Shown: in pieces, positions 38,897-48,118 of the stretch
How the letters are laid out: every line of letters starts with the position of its first letter
Numbering within the stretch: position 1 is the first letter of the stretch
DNA from: an uncultured Candidatus Rokubacteria bacterium
GTDB taxonomy: Bacteria; Methylomirabilota; Methylomirabilia; Rokubacteriales; CSP1-6
Reading direction: 5' to 3'
DNA length: 64,000 bases
Assembly (NCBI GenBank): GCA_963754315.1
Contig: CAVWFS010000019.1
Span: 320,001 to 384,000, forward strand
Position numbers and translations under genes: made by a program
Notes under the pieces: model-generated
What the model was told of the DNA's origin: nothing
Seen by the model: only the letters and a program-made list of their open reading frames with translations
Databases searched by the model: none

Positions 38897-39124
38897 TGTG
38901 TTCGTCCTCCTCGGAGACGGCGCCGCGCCACTCTGTCCCGTCTTGGGGAACACCGGGCACCAGCCCATCCGTCCTTTACTCTGACTTTTCTAACCTGACC
39001 AGTCGGTGGTGTCAATTGCACAGGGTGTCGACATCGTCGAATCCCGACGGTATGGCGTGCTGCTGATGTTGTAGGATGCGTCCGCGCGTCTACTGCTGCG
39101 ACCCGATTCGAGCGGAGGGCAGCC

Positions 39125-39549
39125 ATGAGCCGGCACCGCGTTGTTGAAACATTCACAGCCGTCGCGTTGTTTGGACTGCTCCTCGGCGGCTGCGCGACCG
39201 CGACGGCCGGGGCACCGTGAAGGCACTCGCGCCCGCCGATGTGCCCGCCCTCGCGGGGCTCTGGCAGGGCTCGCTCACGGTCATGTCGGGAGTCAGCTCG
39301 CCAGCAACCCTCACCGTCAACGCCGATCAGACGTACATCATCCGCGCCGGGGCCTTCACCGCTCAGGGGAAGGCGGAGGTACAAGAAGGCCGCCTCGAAT
39401 TCATCTCCACCGCAACGAGCGGTGTGGGGTCAACCGGCAGCCGTATCGGAACGGCTGTGGTCCTCGACCGCGGTGACGCGTGGGGATTGGTCGGCTCGGG
39501 CCAGTCCCCGGCCGGCCCCTACAACTTCGAGTTCAGCCGGCGGCGATAA
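39125..39549 (+). pseudogene. Lipoprotein of unknown function, frameshifted after the signal peptide
   Basis: MSRHRVVETFTAVALFGLLLGGC lipoprotein signal is out of frame with the 39217-39549 body; G-run at 39209-39212. Confidence 0.7.
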
Positions 39550-39626
39550 ATCATCCTGCTGCTGTCTTGACAGGTCTCGCTCGGTCGGTCACCCTACCGC
39601 GCAGTTGAAGTTCCCAGGAGGATCCA

Positions 39627-41162
39627 TTGACCGATCGGTTCGTACGCTTCGTCCTTGTCGTGGCAGTGCTGGGCAGTCTGGTCAAGCCAGCGGTAGCCTC
39701 GGATGCCCCCGCTGGCACCATGACCATCGGCGTGCATGTGACCCTGGTCTCGCGCTGGCTCGATCCAGCCGACACCGAAGGCCTCATCACACCGTTCATG
39801 GTCCTCTACGCCCTTCATGACGCGCTCGTGAAACCGATGCCGGCCGGGCTCAACACGCCGTGCCTGGCTGAGTCGTGGTCGGTCTCCAAGGACGGCCTCA
39901 CCTACGAGTTCGTGCTGCGCCGCAGCGCGAAGTTCCACAACGGAGATCCTGTCACCCCGGAGGACGTCAAGTTCTCGTTCGACCGCTACCGTGGCAGCGG
40001 AGCCAAGCTCCTGAAGGACAAGGTCAAGGACGTGCAGGTCGTGGCCCCCAACCGCGTCCGCTTCGTCCTCAAGGAGCAATGGCCCGACTTCATGGCGTTC
40101 TACGGCACGTCGGCCACCGGCGCCGGCTGGATCGTGCCCAAGAAGTACGTCGAGAAGGTCGGCGATGAGGGCTTCAAGAAGGCGCCCGTCGGCGCCGGGC
40201 CCTTCAAGCTCGTGTCCTTCCAGCCTGGTGTCGAGCTGGTCCTCGAAGCGTTCGACGGCTATTGGCGGAAGACGCCCCACGTGAAACGCCTCGTCATGCG
40301 GAGCATTCCCGACGAGAGTACCCGGGCGGCCGCGCTCAAGACAGGCGAGGTCGATCTTGCCTACCTCTTCGGCGGGACGTTAGCGGAGGAGCTGCGCCGT
40401 GCGCCGGGTCTGAAGATCGTGGGACCGATCGTCTACGGTGTGTACTGGCTCGACTTTCTGGATCAGTGGGACCCGAAGTCGCCTTGGCACGATCGGAGGG
40501 TGCGCCTGGCCGCCAGCGTGGCCATGGACCGGCAGACCATCAACCAGATCGAGATGCTCGGCCTCGGCCGGCCGACGGGCTCGTTCGTGCCGCCCGAGTT
40601 CGAGTTCGCTCTCAAGATCGACCCACCCGCCTACGATCCGAAGCGAGCGAAGCAGTTGCTGGTCGAGGCGGGCTATCCGAACGGCTTCGATGCGGGTGAC
40701 CTCGCTCCGCTGCCGCCGTACACGGCGCTGGGAGAGGCCGTCGCCAACTATCTTCAGACCATCGGGATCAAGTCACGCGTGCGGTCGATGGAGCGCGCCG
40801 CGTTCCTCGCGAGCTGGCGGGAGAAGAAGCTACACGGATTGCTGATCGGCGCCACCGGGGCCGCCGGCAATGCCGCCGCCCGGCTCGAGCCCTTCGTGAG
40901 CAAGAACGGCATCTACGCGTATGGGACGGCCCCGGACCTGGAAGACCTGTACGCGCGCCAGGCCAGAGAGCTGGACAAAAAGCAGCGCGAAGCCCTGCTC
41001 CATCAGCTTCAAAAAGCGGTCGCCGACCGCGTGCTGACCGCTCCGATCTTCCAGCAGGCGTTCATCTGGGGCGTGGGGCCCCGGGTGCTGGAACCGGGGG
41101 CCGGTCTGATCCAGGGCTATGCCTACACGGCGCCCGTCGAGGACCTCAAGGTGAAGCCCTGA
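39627..41162 (+). CDS. ABC transporter substrate-binding protein, family 5 (peptide/nickel)
   Basis: LAESWSVS..YEFVLR..KFHNGDPVTPEDVKFSF, GAGPFK, RVRLA; no cognate permease adjacent. Confidence 0.92.
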   Translation: MTDRFVRFVLVVAVLGSLVKPAVASDAPAGTMTIGVHVTLVSRWLDPADTEGLITPFMVLYALHDALVKPMPAGLNTPCLAESWSVSKDGLTYEFVLRRSAKFHNGDPVTPEDVKFSFDRYRGSGAKLLKDKVKDVQVVAPNRVRFVLKEQWPDFMAFYGTSATGAGWIVPKKYVEKVGDEGFKKAPVGAGPFKLVSFQPGVELVLEAFDGYWRKTPHVKRLVMRSIPDESTRAAALKTGEVDLAYLFGGTLAEELRRAPGLKIVGPIVYGVYWLDFLDQWDPKSPWHDRRVRLAASVAMDRQTINQIEMLGLGRPTGSFVPPEFEFALKIDPPAYDPKRAKQLLVEAGYPNGFDAGDLAPLPPYTALGEAVANYLQTIGIKSRVRSMERAAFLASWREKKLHGLLIGATGAAGNAAARLEPFVSKNGIYAYGTAPDLEDLYARQARELDKKQREALLHQLQKAVADRVLTAPIFQQAFIWGVGPRVLEPGAGLIQGYAYTAPVEDLKVKP

Positions 41163-41213
41163 CGAGTCGAAGACCTTCCGTGAAGCCGCCCCGGGCCGGC
41201 TGAGCACAGCGCA

Positions 41214-41258
41214 CGGGAGTCTCGCCGCGAGGGCCGCTCGGGGGCGGCGAGACTCTCG
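41214..41258. terminator. Inverted repeat between convergent genes
   Basis: GAGTCTCGCCGC (41217-28) / GCGGCGAGACTC (41244-55). Confidence 0.55.
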
Positions 41259-41261
41259 GAC

Positions 41262-42566
41262 TTATTGCGGCGGCTGGACCACCACTGTACGACGTACAGC
41301 GAGATACCGCTGGGCCACCCGTTGAACATCAGCTGTGGTCACCGCATTCACCCGCGCGGTGAATCGGTCCAGGAACTCGGGACCAACCCCCGCCTGCTCG
41401 TACGCGGCCAGGTACCATGCCTGACGGGCGTTGGTACGACGATCCATGGCCAGCCGGCCGAGCAGGAAGGCCTTGGCCACGCGCAACTCCTCGTCGGGGA
41501 CAGCCTGGCGCTGGATGCGATCGAGCTGTTCGGCGAGGGCAGCCTCGGCCCTGGCTGCGTTGGCGGGGGCCGTTCCTAGTAACGCCAAAAAGTAGCTGGT
41601 GTCGACGCGCGAAGGGTACTGCGCCGCCGTCGTGTACGCGAGTCCCTGCTGATCGCGCAACTCCGAGAAGAAGCGTCCCGCCATGCCCCCCCCGAGCACA
41701 GTGCTCAGAACCTTGACGGCTGGATAGTCAGGATCGCTGAGGGCCGGGGCGAGGGTTCCGATGAGGATCTGCGCCTGGGCACCAGGGACGGTGAGGACAT
41801 CGCGCGAGGCGACCGCGGGCGGCGGAGGCGGTGGCTGGGAGACGGGGGGTGTTCCGGCCGGCGTTTGGCCAAAGAGGCGCTCGACCTGGGCAAGTACCTC
41901 GGCGGCCTTGACCTGGCCACTGACCGCCAGCACGATGCCGCCCGGAACGTAGTGGCGCCGGTACTGGGCCAGCAGCGCCCCCCGATCCATCCGTTCGAGA
42001 CTCTCCTTCAAGCCCACCGGATCCCAGGCATAGGGATTGGATCCGAACAAACGGGCGGTGAGCGCATCGAGCCCGGCCGTGAACGGTCTCTCACCGCGAT
42101 TACGTACCTGTCGGACCAGAAAGTCGCGGACGGGACCCACCACGCCGTCCGGGATCGACGGGTTGAGTGCCACGTCGGCGACGAGCTCCAGGATCTCGAC
42201 CCAGTAGCGCGCGAGGGCTGTGGCAGCGATTTCCGAATAGTCGGCTTCCCCGTACGCGTCGATGCTGCCGCCGAGCCCGTCGGCGATCTCCACGATCTGG
42301 GGGCCGCTGCGGGAGGTGGTCCCCCGGACGACCATCAGCTGCAGGAAGTTCGAGATCCCCGCGGTGTCTCGCGTCTCCCAGCGCGTGCCCATCTTCACCA
42401 TGAGCGACACGGCCACCACCGGCGCCGTGGGATTCTCGCGCACCAGCACCACCAGCCCGTTGGGGAGCTTGGTGCGCGAGACGTCTCCGGCCTGGCCAGA
42501 GGCCCCCACGACGAGTGCGAGGCCGAGGAGTAGCGCCGCGCCGATTGATCGGCCGAGGCGCTTCAT
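41262..42566 (-). CDS. M16 peptidase, non-catalytic subunit
   Basis: LPNGLVVLV, HxxEH replaced by NFLQL, ELRDQQGLAY; Sec signal. Confidence 0.88.
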   Translation of the reverse strand: MKRLGRSIGAALLLGLALVVGASGQAGDVSRTKLPNGLVVLVRENPTAPVVAVSLMVKMGTRWETRDTAGISNFLQLMVVRGTTSRSGPQIVEIADGLGGSIDAYGEADYSEIAATALARYWVEILELVADVALNPSIPDGVVGPVRDFLVRQVRNRGERPFTAGLDALTARLFGSNPYAWDPVGLKESLERMDRGALLAQYRRHYVPGGIVLAVSGQVKAAEVLAQVERLFGQTPAGTPPVSQPPPPPPAVASRDVLTVPGAQAQILIGTLAPALSDPDYPAVKVLSTVLGGGMAGRFFSELRDQQGLAYTTAAQYPSRVDTSYFLALLGTAPANAARAEAALAEQLDRIQRQAVPDEELRVAKAFLLGRLAMDRRTNARQAWYLAAYEQAGVGPEFLDRFTARVNAVTTADVQRVAQRYLAVRRTVVVQPPQ

Positions 42567-43939
42567 GGCGCGGCCTTCTTCGGTACGAAGGCCACCTGCG
42601 CATAGTCCGTCCGTGACAAGTACTTGCGGGCCGCATCGCGGATCTGCTCGCGCGTCACCTTTCGCAGCCGGTCCACATACATGAGTTCCGCCTCCAGAGT
42701 CCACGTGGTCTCGGCGATGGCGTAGGCATTGGCCAGACCTTCGGAGGTCTCCGTGTCGAAGGCGTGTTGGGCCTCAAACGTCGTGAGCGCCCGTTCTCGC
42801 TCTTCCTCTGTCGGTCCGCTCTCCTGGATTCGCGCGATTTCCTCGAGAATGATCTGCTCCGCGCGCGCCAGATCCTTCGCCTCCAACTCGGCACGGAGGC
42901 TCGCGATCCCTCCCCCCATCAGTGCGGCGTAGTTCATGCTGACGCTGGACACGAGCTTCTCTTCGTCGCGCAGCCGTCGTGTCAGGCGGGAGCTGTCCTT
43001 GCCCGCCAGAATGGTGGTCAAGAGATCAAGCGCGTATCCGTCGGGATCGTCGGATCGCGGCGCCTGCCACCCGAGCGCCAGCAGAGCCTGCTGCTCGGGC
43101 CGCTCCACGGTGCGCGCCATCCGACCCTTGAGCGAGGTCGGCACGGGTGCGGGCGTACTGACATAGCCCGAGGACGGGACGCGGCCGAAGGTGCGATCCA
43201 CCGCCGCGCGCACGGCCTTCGGGTCAACCGGGCCCACCACGACCACGGTCATGTTCTGGGGCGTGTAGTAGTGCTTGTTGAAGGCGCGCAGAAGCTCCTG
43301 ATCGGCCCTCAGCAAGGTCGGACGAGTACCCAAGACGGGGGAACCGTACGGATTGCCTTCGAAGACGATGCCGTAGAGCTGGCGAATGATCGCCGAGCGC
43401 GGGTTATCTTGCTCGATCTTCGCCTCCTCGAAGATGACCTCACGCTCGCGGTCGATCTCCGGGGGCGCGAAGGTCGAGCGAAAGGCCATATCTGCCAGGA
43501 GGGCGATGCCGGCCTCCAGTCCATCGGAGGGGAGGACCAGGAAGTACATCGTGTAGTCGAAGGACGTCACCGCGTTGGAGCGGCCTCCTGTCCCTTCCAC
43601 GAAGCGGTCGATGTACCCGGGACCGAACTTGTCCGTGCCCTTGAACAGCATGTGCTCCTGGAAGTGGGCAAACCCCAGCTGGTCTGGCTTCTCGTAGCGG
43701 ACGCCGGTCCCCACAATCATGTAGATGGCCACGATGTCGCTCGCCCGATGGTCCTGGACGATGAGGCGCAGTCCGTTGGGCAGCACCTCACGGATGGGCG
43801 CGGCCAGGCCGAGCTCCGTTCGCGCTTTGCTGCTCGGAGCTACCGCATGGCCGCTGGGGGCTGTCGTCCTCGCGCAGCCCGTTGCCGCCAACAAGGCAGC
43901 CGTCCACACCACGAGACGCCGTACCGCAACGACCGTCAC
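42563..43939 (-). CDS. M16 zinc peptidase, catalytic subunit, lipoprotein
   Basis: Lipobox ATGC, AHFQEHMLFKGT, NAVTSFDYT, EREVIFEE. Confidence 0.92.
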   Translation of the reverse strand: MTVVAVRRLVVWTAALLAATGCARTTAPSGHAVAPSSKARTELGLAAPIREVLPNGLRLIVQDHRASDIVAIYMIVGTGVRYEKPDQLGFAHFQEHMLFKGTDKFGPGYIDRFVEGTGGRSNAVTSFDYTMYFLVLPSDGLEAGIALLADMAFRSTFAPPEIDREREVIFEEAKIEQDNPRSAIIRQLYGIVFEGNPYGSPVLGTRPTLLRADQELLRAFNKHYYTPQNMTVVVVGPVDPKAVRAAVDRTFGRVPSSGYVSTPAPVPTSLKGRMARTVERPEQQALLALGWQAPRSDDPDGYALDLLTTILAGKDSSRLTRRLRDEEKLVSSVSMNYAALMGGGIASLRAELEAKDLARAEQIILEEIARIQESGPTEEERERALTTFEAQHAFDTETSEGLANAYAIAETTWTLEAELMYVDRLRKVTREQIRDAARKYLSRTDYAQVAFVPKKAAP

Positions 43940-44964
43940 GGAGCCTTGCCTGTCAACTCGAGCACCTGGCCCTTGCGGAGGACTGTCACCTTGAATGGGC
44001 TTCCGGGTGATAGGCCGCTCATCCGCTGGCGGATCTGGGTGAAGGCTGTCGCTGTCCCGATGGGAATGCCCTCCACGTTCAGCACGATGTCCCCTCCCAC
44101 CACGATTTGGTGCCCGGCAATGGTGGCAGTGCTCGTACCCCCCTTGATCCCTATGGCCTCGGCCGGGGAGCCCTTGGCCACCGTCTTGACGATGTAACCG
44201 CGGGCCCGGGGCGGCAAGTTGAGGATATCGGCGACCTCGTCGGTCAAGAGCTCACCCTCGAGGCCGGTCCAAAACGACCGTTGTTCCAGCAGGAGCTCCT
44301 TGGCGGTATTGGCGGTGACCACGAACCCGAGGCCTTCACTGCCCCCGCCCTTCGAGATGTTGTGGCTCACCAACCCGATGACCTGGCCCTGCATGTTGAA
44401 CATGGGCCCGCCGGAGTTGCCCGTATTGATGACGGCGTCCGTCTGGAAGAACTCGGCCAGCGGCATCGATCGATAGACCGTATTGGGCGCCCACCGCGCG
44501 CTGATCCACCCGACACTGAGGGAATGGCTCAGCCCGAACGGCGCCCCCACGATGAGCACCTGATCCCCGACCTGAACCGTGCTGGAGTCCGCCAGCGTGG
44601 CGACCCGGGCCGTGGGCGGAACTTTGGCAAGTTGGAGCAGCGAGAGGTCGGCGGCAGGCTCGGACCCGACAACTCTCGCGGCAACGGTTTCGCCCCCCAG
44701 GAACTCGACATTGATCTCGTCCATGGTGTGGACCACGTGGGCGGCCGTCATGACCTTGCCGTCGGAACTAATGAGCACGCCGGAGCCGGTTTCATTGAAG
44801 CCCGTCAACCCGCCACTGGCCGAGACATCTCGACCACGAGCCCGGATGACGACCACGGACGGCGCTACTCTCTTGAAGACCTCGCCCACGTTCTGGGCCT
44901 GGCTTGGACCCGGGACCCAGAGCAACGCTCCGGCTGCAAGCAGAGCAGCGACCACTTTTCCCAT
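43936..44964 (-). CDS. HtrA/DegP-like serine protease with one PDZ domain
   Basis: Signal peptide, TAAHVV, DLSLL, QTDAVINTGNSGGP, GSPA..GDIV; ATG 44964 with GGAGG RBS. Confidence 0.92.
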   Translation of the reverse strand: MGKVVAALLAAGALLWVPGPSQAQNVGEVFKRVAPSVVVIRARGRDVSASGGLTGFNETGSGVLISSDGKVMTAAHVVHTMDEINVEFLGGETVAARVVGSEPAADLSLLQLAKVPPTARVATLADSSTVQVGDQVLIVGAPFGLSHSLSVGWISARWAPNTVYRSMPLAEFFQTDAVINTGNSGGPMFNMQGQVIGLVSHNISKGGGSEGLGFVVTANTAKELLLEQRSFWTGLEGELLTDEVADILNLPPRARGYIVKTVAKGSPAEAIGIKGGTSTATIAGHQIVVGGDIVLNVEGIPIGTATAFTQIRQRMSGLSPGSPFKVTVLRKGQVLELTGKAP

Positions 44965-44980
44965 CTCTATAGCCTCCGTT

Positions 44981-45233
44981 GAAGATGGGGGGCCTCGAAC
45001 GGGCCCCCCATGCCCCCCAGCGCTCGGGGGATCCCCAGGTAACCTGGGGCCCCCCTCGGTTCGGCTCGCAGCTTCCGGGGCCTCGAACGGGCCCCCCATG
45101 CCCCCCAGCGCTCGGGGGATCCCCAGGCAACCTGGGGCCCCCCTCGGTTCGGCTCGCAGCTTCCGGGGCCTCGAACGGGCCCCCCATGCCCCCCAGCGCT
45201 CGGGGGATCCCAGGCAACCTGGGGCCCCCCTCG
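44981..45233. repeat. Tandem array of an 88-bp multi-hairpin unit (about 2.8 copies), REP/BIME-like
   Basis: GGGGCCTCGAACGGGCCCCCC starts at 44989, 45077 and 45165; copies differ by one substitution or one indel. Confidence 0.95.
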
Positions 45234-45250
45234 ATCTTGCTCGCCGGCGA

Positions 45251-46066
45251 TCAGGGTAGCAGACTGAGCCAGGAGGCATCCTTGAACCAGCGGTCTCTCG
45301 TTCGCTCCAATGCCCCGGTGGCTTCCATGCCGCGCAGCCAGTTTTGCGTCCAGTTGACGAAGAGCGGGTCGTTCAGCGGCAGGGCGATCCCGATCGGCTC
45401 GTAGGTGAGCGGAGTGACCAGCGCAAACAGATTGCGATCGGGATAACGAAACACCGAGAAGATGCAGACCGGAAAGTCTGCGATCATCGCGTCGACGTTG
45501 TCCTGCAGCACCATGTTGATGGCTTCGTCATAGTCCTTGGTCAGCACGAGCGTGGCCTGGGGGAGAACCTCACGGACGAAGACCTCACTGGTCGAGTCGC
45601 GAAGGGCGGCCAACCGGACGGTAGGGACGTTGAGCTCGGACGGGCCCTTCACCGAGTTGGCTGTGGTCGCCTTGGACAGGAATGACTTCCCCGAGAGGAA
45701 GTACGGTCCCACGAAAGCCACCCGGCGACTCCGCTCCGGGGTCATGGTCATGCTGGACACGACCATGTCCACCTGACCGGCTTCCAGGGCGGGGAGCAGC
45801 TCGGCGAACGGAATGGGCACCAGCCGCAGCTTGACCTTCATCGCGTCCGCCATGGCACGCGCCAGATCGGCGTCGAACCCGATGATCTCCCCGGTTTTCG
45901 TGGTCATGTTCATGGGCGGCATGCTGGCGGCCGTCCCTACTACCAGCTCGCCCCTGCCTTGGATCCGAGTGAGGGTCGGCGACGCGGAGGGTGCCGAACC
46001 AGTCGCGCACGCCGCGAGGAGGGCCAGCACCACGACGAGCGCCGCGAATCGTCCTGAGCCTCGCAT
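45251..46066 (-). CDS. Polar amino-acid ABC substrate-binding lipoprotein (family 3)
   Basis: Lipobox LAAC, RGELVVGT, IGFDADLA, VAFVGPY, EPIGIA. Confidence 0.9.
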   Translation of the reverse strand: MRGSGRFAALVVVLALLAACATGSAPSASPTLTRIQGRGELVVGTAASMPPMNMTTKTGEIIGFDADLARAMADAMKVKLRLVPIPFAELLPALEAGQVDMVVSSMTMTPERSRRVAFVGPYFLSGKSFLSKATTANSVKGPSELNVPTVRLAALRDSTSEVFVREVLPQATLVLTKDYDEAINMVLQDNVDAMIADFPVCIFSVFRYPDRNLFALVTPLTYEPIGIALPLNDPLFVNWTQNWLRGMEATGALERTRDRWFKDASWLSLLP

Positions 46067-46192
46067 TGGCCTGCTTCCTTTCGAGCAGAGAGAACGGCGA
46101 GGGCCAGGATATCACCCTTGGCCTCAAGGAATTCCTCGGCGCTCTTGCCTTTATGCAAGGCGCGCAGCATGATCCACTCGGGAGGAGCCTAC

Positions 46193-46624
46193 ATGCTGAT
46201 CCACGTGCCGTCGGCCATGATTGTCCTGGCGCTGTTCGTCGCGCTTACAGGAGCGGGGTGCGCGACACCGGCACAACCCGCGCCAGCCATGTCGACCGTC
46301 CCCATCACGGATTTCAAGAGCGTGGCCGGCAAGTGGGGCGGGCTGGTCAGGGGGTTACCTCCACGAGGCTCGAGCAGGGACGAAGACTACGTGGATGTGG
46401 AGATCAGGCCAGACGGCACCTATGACTTCGGGATCTTCCGGACGGTCGGAGTCTTTGGGGGAACGGGCAAGCTCACCCTCGAAGACGGGCGGATGCTGCT
46501 CAAGGGCGAGCGCGGCTCTGCCACCTTGGTTCTCCTGGAAGGAAACGGACGTCGAGTCCTGCGCACGAATGCAGTCATGACGAACGGCCTCAGGCTGTCC
46601 TCGGATCTCACCCCGGTCCGCTAG
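46193..46624 (+). CDS. Lipoprotein of unknown function
   Basis: GGAGGA RBS, lipobox GAGC, VAGKWGG..IRPDGTY. Confidence 0.75.
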   Translation: MLIHVPSAMIVLALFVALTGAGCATPAQPAPAMSTVPITDFKSVAGKWGGLVRGLPPRGSSRDEDYVDVEIRPDGTYDFGIFRTVGVFGGTGKLTLEDGRMLLKGERGSATLVLLEGNGRRVLRTNAVMTNGLRLSSDLTPVR

Positions 46625-46790
46625 CGCCGAAGCCCGCAATCCGTGGCTGAACCGACGGCCGTCAGGCTGGGCGAGGGCGACGACGACAAGGCCGCGATGC
46701 CGTCGCGCTGTCCATGACCGCCTTTCAGGTTCGGACGGCCGGAACGGGCACCCTGCCTGGCGTCCTCCAGCGTTCCGTCCATCTTCTGAA

Positions 46791-47717
46791 TCAAGCGCGC
46801 GGGTGGAACTGACGATACATTCGCCGGACGGTGGCCGAGGGCAGATGGGTGTAGATCTGCGTGGTGCTGATGTCTGCGTGGCCGAGCATGGTCTGTACCG
46901 CGCGCAGATCGGCGCCGCCCTCTAGCAAGTGGCTGGCGAAACAGTGGCGAAGCGTGTGGGGCGACACACGAGCCCTCAGCCCTGCTTTCCTGGCAGCTCC
47001 ACGCACGATCTGCCACAGTGCCTGTCGAGTAAGTGCGCGGCCGCGCGGGCCCACAAAGAGCCGACCCGAATCGCGGCGACCTCGCAAGGAGCGGGAGCGA
47101 GCTTCCGCAAGGTAGCGCCGGATCCAGGCGAGCGCCTCCTCTCCGACGGGCACCATGCGCTCCTTGCGCGCCTTGCCGACGCACTGGACGTACCCCGCGC
47201 TCAGGTTCACGTCGCCGAGACCGAGGGTCAGGCATTCGCTGGCCCGCAGCCCACTGGCGTAGAGAAGCTCGAGCATCGCTCGATCGCGGAGCCCACGGGG
47301 AGTGGACGTGTCGGGCGCCTCGACCAGCGCTGCCGTCGCTTCGCGCGAGAGCGTCTTCGGAAGAGGGCGCGGCACGCGGGGCCGTTCGATGTGCTCCGTT
47401 GGATCCCCCGTGAGCGTGCCTTCCTGGCCGAGGTAACGAAAGAAGCTGCGCGCGGCCGCCAAGCGGCGACTCACCGTTGCTCCTCGGCGACCAGACTTCC
47501 GAAGCGCCTCCATCCAATCGACGATGTCGTCTGGCCGTGCGTCGGCAAGCACGCGCCCTTGGCGGCGCAGCCGGGCCGCGAGGTCGGAGACATCGCGGCG
47601 GTATGCGGCTACCGTGTTGGAGGACAGGGCTTGCTCGCTCCGGAGGGCGGCCAGGAAGTCGACGATCGTCGGATCCTCTGCTTCCGAAGCGGCCCCGGCA
47701 ACTCGTGACGGGGTCAT
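46791..47717 (-). CDS. xerD: Site-specific tyrosine recombinase XerD
   Basis: LSSNTVAAYRRD, RDRAMLELLYASGLRASE, SPHTLRHCFASHLLEGGADLR, LGHADISTTQIYTH, HPRA end. Confidence 0.92.
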   Translation of the reverse strand: MTPSRVAGAASEAEDPTIVDFLAALRSEQALSSNTVAAYRRDVSDLAARLRRQGRVLADARPDDIVDWMEALRKSGRRGATVSRRLAAARSFFRYLGQEGTLTGDPTEHIERPRVPRPLPKTLSREATAALVEAPDTSTPRGLRDRAMLELLYASGLRASECLTLGLGDVNLSAGYVQCVGKARKERMVPVGEEALAWIRRYLAEARSRSLRGRRDSGRLFVGPRGRALTRQALWQIVRGAARKAGLRARVSPHTLRHCFASHLLEGGADLRAVQTMLGHADISTTQIYTHLPSATVRRMYRQFHPRA

Positions 47718-47720
47718 GGC

Positions 47721-48063
47721 TCAGCGTAGCAGTGCGAGCGCCTCGAATCCCGGCATTTTCGAGACCGTTGCTAGCGCACGCTCACGAGGATGGCTGTCCC
47801 CGGTGTGGTCAAAGCCCAAAGATCCAAAGCTCGCCCCGATGAGCTGGGCGTTGGCCACCGAGGCGCCCGACGATTCGACGACGGCACGGATGTTGAGATC
47901 CCGGGCGCCGTAGGCAATGCGCGACATCGCGCCGGCGATCGGATAGTACACGCCCACCACCCAGCCGGAAGCGATGATGACCAACTGTCGAGATTGAGCC
48001 ATGGCGGCGAGCGGCGCCATCACCAGCCCGACGAGCAAGGCCGCCAGGAGTTTGAGTTCGCAT
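47721..48063 (-). pseudogene. Truncated TAXI-family TRAP solute receptor
   Basis: Signal peptide plus IASG..GVYYPIAGA..SSGASVANAQLI, then similarity is lost; ATG 48063 is +1 out of frame. Confidence 0.7.
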
Positions 48064-48118
48064 CGGTCGCACCATAGGCGAACGAGCGACACCGGTCAAC
48101 GGTGATAGACTGCCTGCC

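Noticed and set aside
44981..45233. CRISPR array
   Set aside because: Units are identical end to end with no unique spacers, and there are no cas genes in the window
44965..45279. 105-aa repetitive N-terminal extension of the HtrA ORF
   Set aside because: It is a read-through of the non-coding 88-bp array; the real start is ATG 44964 with an RBS and signal peptide
46625..46790. Small gene or ncRNA between the lipoprotein and xerD
   Set aside because: No convincing start with RBS, motif or stable structure was recognised
46791..47717. Integrase of a genomic island or prophage
   Set aside because: The sequence has housekeeping XerD hallmarks; no att repeats, tRNA or phage genes were seen
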